DNA of 46,960 bases from Bacilli bacterium (GTDB taxonomy: Bacteria > Bacillota_I > Bacilli_A > RFN20 > CAG-826): NCBI GenBank assembly GCA_017542885.1, contig JAFXWH010000034.1, forward strand, positions 1 to 46,960, written 5' to 3'. The position numbers and the translations under genes were made by a program. Of this stretch, positions 36,102-42,969 are shown one piece after another. Under the pieces are notes generated by a model. That model saw only the letters and a program-made list of their open reading frames with translations, searched no databases and had not been told where the DNA came from. The first letter of the stretch is position 1; each line of letters begins with the position of its first letter.

Positions 36102-38204
36102 CTAGAGTGATTCGATTTCTTTAAGATAATCCTCACAAATTGCATCACTTGGCATCACAAGGTCACCTCTAGGTGAGAGGCCAACGGTGCCGATTTTTAT
36201 GCCATCAGGAGTGCAGTTTCTCTTGAATTGACTCTGGAAGAAACGCTTGAAGAAGGTTCCTAACCATTTCTTCAAAGTTTCGTTGTCGTACTTATAGTTG
36301 AAGGCTTGCTGCGCAAGGAAATAGAGCTTCTTAGGAGAGAATCCATAGCGGAGATAATGGAAGATGAAGAAATCCTGGAGTTCGTATGGCCCAACTTTAT
36401 CCTCGGACTTCTGGACGATTTCTCCTTTGCTGGAAGGTGGCAAGAGCTCTGGGCTGATTGGCGTGTCGATGATACCAAGCAAAGCAGCCTTAGCTTCTGG
36501 ATGCATGATCGCATATCCCTCAACAACATATCTAACTAAAGTCTTTGGAACGGAGATGTTGAGGTCATAGAAGGACATATGGTCACCATTATAGGTGCAC
36601 CACCCAAGAGCGGCTTCGCTTAAGTCGCCGGTGCCGACCATCAAAGCATCCTCATCGTTAGCAAGATCCATCAATACCTGGGTCCTCTCGCGAGCTTGGG
36701 CGTTCTCATAGGCGACATTGTGGTTTTGTTCATCGTGCCCAATGTCTTTGAAATGTAAACGCACTGACTCACCGATGTTTATTTCGCGGAAGGAGACGCC
36801 AAGCGATTCTGAAAGAAGGACTGCGTTGTTATGCGTTTTCTTGCTTGTTCCGAACGATGGAAGAGTGATGGCGATGATATCTTTCAGGTCATAACCAAGT
36901 TTTTTGAAGGCTTCTACGGAAACGAGAAGCGCAAGAGTTGAATCAAGACCGCCAGACAAACCTAAGACCACTTTCTTCTGATGGACGGTTTTGAGCCTTT
37001 TCACAAGCGCCATGCTTTGCATTGTGAGGATGAGATTGACTCTTTCAAGGTCAATTTCTTTGGTCTCCGGGATGAATGGGTTCTTTGAATAGTGACGGGT
37101 TAAGGCTTTAGGTGTTTCTAAAGGCATTGAGAAGAAGACCGTTTGATATTCGTTTTCGTATCTGGCTTTGAATGAATGGTTTTTGTTTCTTTCGGCTTCA
37201 AGAAGTTCAATATCAATCTCAGAAATTGCCTTTTCCATCTTGAATGGGGCAGCCTCGCAAAGAATCTTTCCGTTCTCTGCGATTATGTTGTGGCCGCCGA
37301 AGATCATGTCGGTGGTGCTTTCACCATCACCAGCGTTGGCAAGGATGTAAGCGGCCGTCATTTTGTCGGAAGCCGTCTTCAAAAGGCTCGTGGTGTATTC
37401 GGCCGAACCAATAAGCACAGGGGTCGCGCATAAATTAAGAATGACATTCGCGCCTGCCTGCGACGCTTTCGCGGAAGGGACTTCAATTGAAGAGATATCT
37501 TCAGATAGTTCAACGGCGATTCTGAGTTTTGGGTAATTGGAGTCAACAAAGATCAAATTGGTTCCAAACGGGATCTTTTCTCCTAGGAGGTTGATGTAAC
37601 CCTCTTTCGGCCCCTCAGAGAAGTATCGATTTTCGGATGGATAGGATTTTGGAACAATACCAAGAATCTCTCCGCCATAGTAAACGACACCGCAACTATA
37701 AAGTTTTCCATTGGTTTTGATTGGAGCGCCAACGGTGAATAGAAGGTCATTCTCTTTGGAGATTTCTTTAAGCTCAACAAGGGCTTTCTCAACCAATTCT
37801 TCGATTGTTTTACTGAAAATCAAATCGCCTAAAGTGGCAGATGTAAGACATAATTCTGGCAAAACAAGAATTCTGACACCTTCACTGCTTGCCTCGCAAA
37901 CAGCCTTGATTATTTCTTCTTTGTTATGGGTGATTCCAGCAATCTCTACATCGATCGATTGAGCTGCAACCTTAACATAGCCAAGCGGGTCACTAAGCTC
38001 ATTTTTGCCAGAAATCCTTGCAAATCTTGACTTTTCTTTGGCAGAACCCCCTTCGTTTAGGAGTTTTTGGTGAGCTTCATCAGAAAGGATAACGAAGTCT
38101 TTTTGGCCGTTTTTGGTGATAATGATCCTACCTTCGTTCTCCTCTAATTCCTTCCTTAACTTATCCGTATTTCGTAGCAATGTGATTGGTTTGATGTCGT
38201 TCAT
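36102..38204 (-). CDS. nadE: Glutamine-dependent NAD+ synthetase (CN-hydrolase + NAD-synthase domains) with an N-terminal Phd/YefM-like domain
   Basis: 700-aa ORF with a CN-hydrolase region (VLPELCLTS), a PP-loop GLSGGLDS and the NAD synthase C-domain. The first ~50 aa (ITLLRNTDKLRKELEENEGRIIITKNGQKDFVILSDEAHQKLL) fit the antitoxin fold pattern. An AGAGG SD precedes the ATG at 38202-38204. Confidence 0.88.
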   Translation of the reverse strand: MNDIKPITLLRNTDKLRKELEENEGRIIITKNGQKDFVILSDEAHQKLLNEGGSAKEKSRFARISGKNELSDPLGYVKVAAQSIDVEIAGITHNKEEIIKAVCEASSEGVRILVLPELCLTSATLGDLIFSKTIEELVEKALVELKEISKENDLLFTVGAPIKTNGKLYSCGVVYYGGEILGIVPKSYPSENRYFSEGPKEGYINLLGEKIPFGTNLIFVDSNYPKLRIAVELSEDISSIEVPSAKASQAGANVILNLCATPVLIGSAEYTTSLLKTASDKMTAAYILANAGDGESTTDMIFGGHNIIAENGKILCEAAPFKMEKAISEIDIELLEAERNKNHSFKARYENEYQTVFFSMPLETPKALTRHYSKNPFIPETKEIDLERVNLILTMQSMALVKRLKTVHQKKVVLGLSGGLDSTLALLVSVEAFKKLGYDLKDIIAITLPSFGTSKKTHNNAVLLSESLGVSFREINIGESVRLHFKDIGHDEQNHNVAYENAQARERTQVLMDLANDEDALMVGTGDLSEAALGWCTYNGDHMSFYDLNISVPKTLVRYVVEGYAIMHPEAKAALLGIIDTPISPELLPPSSKGEIVQKSEDKVGPYELQDFFIFHYLRYGFSPKKLYFLAQQAFNYKYDNETLKKWLGTFFKRFFQSQFKRNCTPDGIKIGTVGLSPRGDLVMPSDAICEDYLKEIESL

Positions 38205-38247
38205 AATTATTACCTCTTTGTCATTATACTGTCATTTTTCGTAATGT

Positions 38248-38275
38248 ATTGAAGATTTTGCTAGTTATCATAAAA
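38248..38275 (+). promoter_or_regulatory. Candidate promoter of the RimK-family gene (leaderless-type spacing)
   Basis: TTGAAG-N16-TAAAAT, then 8 nt to the ATG at 38284. There is no SD. Confidence 0.45.
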
Positions 38276-38283
38276 TTGTTGAG

Positions 38284-39168
38284 ATGTTAAAGACTGGCTT
38301 AGCGATTCTTAACGCTTATATCCAAACTCCAGCGTCTATTCACTACTACAAAAGGATGAAAGAAGAACTGGATTCTTTAGGTGTTTCGTTAGACTACAAA
38401 ACCAACGCCGAAATTTTGGCTTTAATTGGATCAAACGGTGATATTTTGGCTTCAGAAATGTCCAATTATGACTTTGTTTTATATTTAGATAAGGATGAAT
38501 ATGTCGCCTACATGCTCGAGAAGGCAGGCGTGAAGCTATTTGATAGCGCAGAGGCCATTAGGCTTTGCGACAACAAGATGCTTACCTACATCGCCCTGTC
38601 CAACGCCGGAATCAAGATGCCAAAGACCATCTCTGCCCCGCTTAACTATATTGGCAGCGATGATGACACCTTCATTAAAGAAGTAGCCAAAGAACTATCC
38701 TTCCCAATCGTCGCAAAAGACAATTACGGAAGCTTAGGAAAAGAGGTCTATTTAATTAAAAATTTCGATGAACTCGTAGAATTTGAGAAGAGCCATAAGT
38801 TCGGCGCCCACCTATATCAAGAGTTTATTGAGAGCAGCAAAGGACATGATTTCCGCATCATTGTAATCAATGGCAAGGTCGTGGCATCCATGAAGAGATG
38901 CAATGACAATGGAGACTTCAGAAGCAATGTCGCCCAGGGTGGTCACGGCGAACTAATAGATCTTCCAGAGTCCTTTAAAGAGACCGCCGAGAAAGCCGCC
39001 AAGTTACTTAAGTTAGATTATTGTGGCGTCGACCTCTTAGATGACAAAGACGGAAATCCAGTCCTTTGTGAAGTGAACTCCAACGCCTTCTTGCAAGAGA
39101 TTGAAAGAATCACCGGAAAGAACATCGCTGGCGTCTACGCAAAGCACATTGTGGACTCCATTAAATAA
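38284..39168 (+). CDS. RimK-family ATP-grasp ligase (alpha-L-glutamate ligase-like)
   Basis: 294-aa ORF with CDNKMLTY, FPIVAKDNYGSLGKEVYL, HDFRIIVINGKVV, GDFRSNVAQGG, GVDLL and CEVNSNA. These align by eye to E. coli RimK. Confidence 0.8.
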   Translation: MLKTGLAILNAYIQTPASIHYYKRMKEELDSLGVSLDYKTNAEILALIGSNGDILASEMSNYDFVLYLDKDEYVAYMLEKAGVKLFDSAEAIRLCDNKMLTYIALSNAGIKMPKTISAPLNYIGSDDDTFIKEVAKELSFPIVAKDNYGSLGKEVYLIKNFDELVEFEKSHKFGAHLYQEFIESSKGHDFRIIVINGKVVASMKRCNDNGDFRSNVAQGGHGELIDLPESFKETAEKAAKLLKLDYCGVDLLDDKDGNPVLCEVNSNAFLQEIERITGKNIAGVYAKHIVDSIK

Positions 39169-39175
39169 CACACTG

Positions 39176-39216
39176 AAAAAGAAAAGAGGCAGGTTTTGCT
39201 GCCTCTTTTTTAATTT
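39176..39216. terminator. Bidirectional rho-independent terminator (rimK-like / mscL)
   Basis: Stem AGAGGCAG-GTTTTG-CTGCCTCT, flanked by AAAAAGAAA and TTTTTTAATTTTT. Confidence 0.85.
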
Positions 39217-39225
39217 TTGTGCGGA

Positions 39226-39939
39226 TTATTCAGCCTTTTTGGCTTTTCCTTCGTTTTGTTTCTTCAACTCTCCGAGAATCTCTTTGAGAAGGTCGGCTTC
39301 GGTTGGCTCAGGGGTTCCTTCCTCTGGTGGGACAGGTCTCTCTTCTGGGTGCTTCTCGTAGTATTTCTCAAGGGCCTTAGCTTTGGCTTCGGCTTTCTTG
39401 GCTTCGATCTTGTTGGCGATCTTAACGATGATGAAGAGGGTTAAGCCAATGATGATGAAGGCGATAACGGCATTGATGAAGGTGCCCCAATCGATGATGG
39501 CAGACATCTTGTAGGTGAAGGTCGTGCCGTGCTGTTCATAAAGGCTAAGGAGTGAGTTCTTCCACTGGATGAAGGTGTCGCTTTCGACTTTCAAGTCGTT
39601 GACACCCTGCTGAGCGGCGAATTCGATAACACGATCGTTAACCTCGGCCATGGTGAAGGACTGAAGGTTGACGGTTTGGCCGTTCTGAAGGAATGCGGCA
39701 CCCTTTTGGGCATCAGTTAAGGCCGGAAGGACGGTAACGAGTCCTTTAAGACCTCCTGGAACACCCCAGGTCGCTAAGCTCATCAAGATGTTGACGAGTG
39801 AAGTGACAATGGCGTTGAACGCGCCGCCGATGACGACGCCGACGGCAAGCATGAAAGCGTTGCCTTTGTTGATGAATGCCTTAAATTCTGCAAAGAATCT
39901 CTTAAAAGCATTCGGCTTCTTTGGTTTATTGTCTCCCAT
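39226..39939 (-). CDS. mscL: Large-conductance mechanosensitive channel with an enlarged extracytoplasmic loop and extended C-terminus
   Basis: MscL N-terminus FKRFFAEFKAFINKGNAFMLAVGVVIGGAFNAIVTSLV. I place the start at ATG 39937-39939 (GGAGG 12 nt upstream). The ORF-track TTG at 39963 is an alternative. Confidence 0.85.
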   Translation of the reverse strand: MGDNKPKKPNAFKRFFAEFKAFINKGNAFMLAVGVVIGGAFNAIVTSLVNILMSLATWGVPGGLKGLVTVLPALTDAQKGAAFLQNGQTVNLQSFTMAEVNDRVIEFAAQQGVNDLKVESDTFIQWKNSLLSLYEQHGTTFTYKMSAIIDWGTFINAVIAFIIIGLTLFIIVKIANKIEAKKAEAKAKALEKYYEKHPEERPVPPEEGTPEPTEADLLKEILGELKKQNEGKAKKAE

Positions 39940-40023
39940 ATTTTTATTGTTCCTCCGAAACAATTGTTGATTTTATGATAGCGCGACATTCCAAAAAATG
40001 AATATGCCAAATATAAAAATATG

Positions 40024-40039
40024 TTGTGTACGCGCACAA
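40024..40039. repeat. Inverted repeat TTGTG-N6-CACAA
   Basis: TTGTGTACGCGCACAA in the mscL/nrdD intergenic region. It has Crp/Fnr- or Rex-like half-sites but non-canonical spacing. Confidence 0.5.
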
Positions 40040-40058
40040 GGAATATTGTTGCTTCGGC

Positions 40059-40100
40059 GTGTATCAAAACACCCCAAAAACTAGTAGATTTTTGATACAC
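40059..40100. repeat. Perfect 11-bp inverted repeat GTGTATCAAAA-N20-TTTTGATACAC
   Basis: The arms lie at 40059-40069 and 40090-40100. A third copy, ATTTGATACAC, lies at 40285-40295. Confidence 0.8.
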
Positions 40101-40267
40101 GAATTTATAGCGAAAACAGACCTCAAAAATGTTCATTTACCATCGCATTTTTTGGACTTTAAGTTTTCCACATTTTTGTTCGTCAATCAAAACGAAAATG
40201 TATTTTTCAAATTTTGATCGGTTTCTCCTCCAAACTCAGATTTCCAAACACCAAAATCGGCTATTGA

Positions 40268-40281
40268 ACGAATATATTCGT
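40268..40281. repeat. Perfect 14-bp palindrome ACGAATATATTCGT
   Basis: Read directly from the sequence, about 190 bp upstream of the candidate nrdD promoter. Confidence 0.8.
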
Positions 40282-40440
40282 ACTATTTGATACACTGTCA
40301 AAAATTGAGATTTTTCTTATTGACTTCGTAATTACTATTTCAGTGTTCGTCAAATCGGCAAAAATACTAGGGTTTTTTATTGTGGAAAACTCTGTGAAAA
40401 AGTTTTCAAAAATTTTCCCAAAAAATACGTTGCATTTTGA

Positions 40441-40468
40441 TTGCAATTTATATGCCGATATTTATGAT
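40441..40468 (+). promoter_or_regulatory. Candidate nrdD promoter
   Basis: TTGCAA-N16-TATGAT. This predicts a structured leader of about 100 nt before the AAAGGAG SD and the ATG at 40579. Confidence 0.45.
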
Positions 40469-40578
40469 TATCGGTGCAAGGGAGATGAGTAATCTCACCT
40501 CGAACATAAATCGGGTCGATAAGGTGGCGTTTTAAAAGCCCCTTATTAACAACTGTGCGAAGCGAAAGGAGCAGAGTT

Positions 40579-42969
40579 ATGTTGAAAGTTAGAAAAAGAG
40601 ATGAATCGATCGTTGAATTTGATTTATCGAGAATCGAAAAGGCTATTGAGAGAGCCTTTGTCGCAGAACACAAAGAAGCAGATAAGAACATCATTGAGCT
40701 TTTAGCTCTCCGTGTCACAGCGGAGTTCAATAAGAAGGTCGAAAATGGCATCGTGAACATCGAAGACATCCAGGACAGCGTTGAAATCGTCTTGATCCAG
40801 GCTGGCTATGTTGATGTCGCTCACAGCTACATGGACTACCGTAAGAAACATGCGGATATCCGTGAAATCAAGAAGACCGAGCTCAACTACGCCACCGTCG
40901 TCGATAACTATCTCAAGATCAGCGACTGGCGCGTTAAGGAGAACAGCACCGTCACCTATTCCGTCGGTGGTCTTATCCTTTCGAACAGCGGCGCCGTTAC
41001 CGCCAACTACTGGTTAAGCCAGGTCTATGACAAGGAAATCGGTGATGCCCACCGCAACGCCGACATCCACATCCATGACCTTTCCATGCTTACCGGTTAT
41101 TGCGCTGGTTGGTCCCTTAAGCAGCTTATTCAGCAGGGCTTAGGCGGCGTCCCAGGCAAAATCACCTCTACCCCAGCTGGCCATTTGAGCACTCTTTGCA
41201 ACCAGATGGTCAACTTCCTTGGCATTATGCAGAACGAATGGGCGGGAGCTCAGGCATTCAGTTCCTTCGATACTTATCTCGCCCCATTCGTTAAGGTCGA
41301 CAACCTTACCTACAAGCAGGTCAAGCAGTGCATCCAGTCCTTCATCTTCGGTGTCAACACCCCATCCCGTTGGGGAACTCAGGCTCCATTCACCAACATC
41401 ACCCTCGACTGGACCGTCCCAGAGGATCTTAAGAACCTCCCAGCCATCGTCGGTGGCAAAGAGATGGATTTCACCTATGGTGATTGCAAAGCCGAGATGG
41501 ATATGATCAACAAAGCCTTCATCGAAGTCATGATCGAAGGCGATGCCAACGGCCGTGGATTCCAGTATCCAATCCCAACCTATTCCATCACCAAAGAATT
41601 CGATTGGTCCGACACCGAGAACAACCGTCTCCTCTTCACAATGACCGCCAAGTACGGCACCCCATACTTCAGCAACTACATCAACAGCGATATGAAGCCA
41701 AGCGATGTCCGTTCTATGTGCTGCCGTCTCCGTCTTGACCTCCGTGAACTCAGAAAGAAATCCGGTGGTTACTTCGGAAGTGGCGAAAGCACCGGTTCCG
41801 TCGGCGTTGTTACCATCAACATGCCACGTATCGCCTATCTTGCCACCAACAAGGAAGACTTCTATGCCCGTCTTGATGCCATGATGGATATCGCTGCCCG
41901 CTCACTCAGCGTTAAGCGTAAGACCATCACCAAGCTCCTTGAAGCTGGCTTATATCCATACACCAAACATTACCTTGGCTCCTTCAAGAACCACTTCTCC
42001 ACCATCGGTCTTGTCGGTATGAATGAAGCTTGCCTCAATGCCCGTTGGGTCAGAAGCGACCTCACCACTCAGGCTGCTCAGGACTTCACCGTTGAGGTTC
42101 TCAACCACATGAGAGCCCGCCTCTCCGACTACCAGGAGAGATATGGCGACCTCTACAACCTCGAAGCCACCCCAGCCGAATCCACCGCTTTCCGTCTTGC
42201 TAAGCATGACCGTGAGAGATATCCAGACATCATCACTGCCGGCGGAAATGGTGAGACCCCTTACTACACCAACAGCTCACACTTACCAGTCGGTTACACC
42301 GACGATATCTTCGCCGCCCTCGACATCGAAGACAGATTCCAGACCCTTTACACCTCTGGCACCGTCTTCCACACCTTCTTGGGCCAGCGTCTTCCAAACT
42401 GGGAGAGCTGTATGAAGCTCGTCCGTAAGATCGCTGAGAACTACAAGCTTCCTTACTACACCATGTCTCCAACCTATTCGATCTGCCAGGATCACGGTTA
42501 TATCAATGGTGAAGTCCACACCTGCCCAATCTGTGGTAAAGAAGCTGAAGTCTGGTCCCGTATCACCGGTTACTACCGTCCAGTTAAGAACTGGAACGAT
42601 GGCAAAGCCCAGGAATACAAGGATCGTAAGACCTACATTCCAAACGAGAACAGCCGTCCACACGCTCACGACAGCGCTTGCGAGTGCCACGAGCACGAAG
42701 AGAAAGCTTCTGCTCCAAAAGTGACCAAAGTCATGCTCTTCACTTCTCCAACCTGCCCAAACTGCAAGATGGCGAAGATGATGCTTGATAAAGAAGGCAT
42801 CGAATACGAGCAGATTGACGCTGTTTCAAACAAAGAGACGACCACTGCATTCGGTATCACCAATGCTCCAACTCTCTTAGTTCCAAATGGTGAGGCCTAT
42901 GATGCGTACGAGAACGCTTCCGACATCAGAGGCTACATCCAGAAGGTGAAAGGCGGAAATGCTGCCTGA
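40579..42969 (+). CDS. nrdD: Anaerobic (class III) ribonucleoside-triphosphate reductase with an N-terminal ATP-cone and a fused C-terminal CPNC glutaredoxin/NrdH-like domain
   Basis: Start at ATG 40579 (SD AAAGGAG); the ORF-track GTG at 40555 is rejected. Features seen are the ATP-cone KVRKRDESIVEFDLSRIEKAI, HIHDLSMLTGYCAGWSL and SMCCRLRL. There is also a Zn site CQDH..CPICG and the glycyl-radical motif SRITGYYRPV. These are followed by about 105 extra aa ending in VMLFTSPTCPNCKMAK... Confidence 0.92.
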   Translation: MLKVRKRDESIVEFDLSRIEKAIERAFVAEHKEADKNIIELLALRVTAEFNKKVENGIVNIEDIQDSVEIVLIQAGYVDVAHSYMDYRKKHADIREIKKTELNYATVVDNYLKISDWRVKENSTVTYSVGGLILSNSGAVTANYWLSQVYDKEIGDAHRNADIHIHDLSMLTGYCAGWSLKQLIQQGLGGVPGKITSTPAGHLSTLCNQMVNFLGIMQNEWAGAQAFSSFDTYLAPFVKVDNLTYKQVKQCIQSFIFGVNTPSRWGTQAPFTNITLDWTVPEDLKNLPAIVGGKEMDFTYGDCKAEMDMINKAFIEVMIEGDANGRGFQYPIPTYSITKEFDWSDTENNRLLFTMTAKYGTPYFSNYINSDMKPSDVRSMCCRLRLDLRELRKKSGGYFGSGESTGSVGVVTINMPRIAYLATNKEDFYARLDAMMDIAARSLSVKRKTITKLLEAGLYPYTKHYLGSFKNHFSTIGLVGMNEACLNARWVRSDLTTQAAQDFTVEVLNHMRARLSDYQERYGDLYNLEATPAESTAFRLAKHDRERYPDIITAGGNGETPYYTNSSHLPVGYTDDIFAALDIEDRFQTLYTSGTVFHTFLGQRLPNWESCMKLVRKIAENYKLPYYTMSPTYSICQDHGYINGEVHTCPICGKEAEVWSRITGYYRPVKNWNDGKAQEYKDRKTYIPNENSRPHAHDSACECHEHEEKASAPKVTKVMLFTSPTCPNCKMAKMMLDKEGIEYEQIDAVSNKETTTAFGITNAPTLLVPNGEAYDAYENASDIRGYIQKVKGGNAA

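Noticed and set aside
40268-40281. The palindrome ACGAATATATTCGT as an NrdR box upstream of nrdD.
   Set aside because: Only the central AATATATT matches the NrdR consensus (acaCwAtATaTwGtgt) as I recall it. The conserved C/G at positions 4 and 13 are shifted. No second box lies at the expected ~31-32-bp phasing. It also sits ~190 bp upstream of the candidate promoter. It is kept only as an unassigned palindrome.
40026-40446. Small ORFs in the mscL/nrdD spacer: 40026-40217 (+), 40261-40446 (-), and 40377-40769 (-), which overlaps the nrdD start.
   Set aside because: They have no SD or leaderless-type -10 box, begin at non-ATG or poorly placed codons, and give Phe/Asn/Lys-rich translations typical of AT-rich non-coding DNA. 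A regulatory role for the DNA is more parsimonious.
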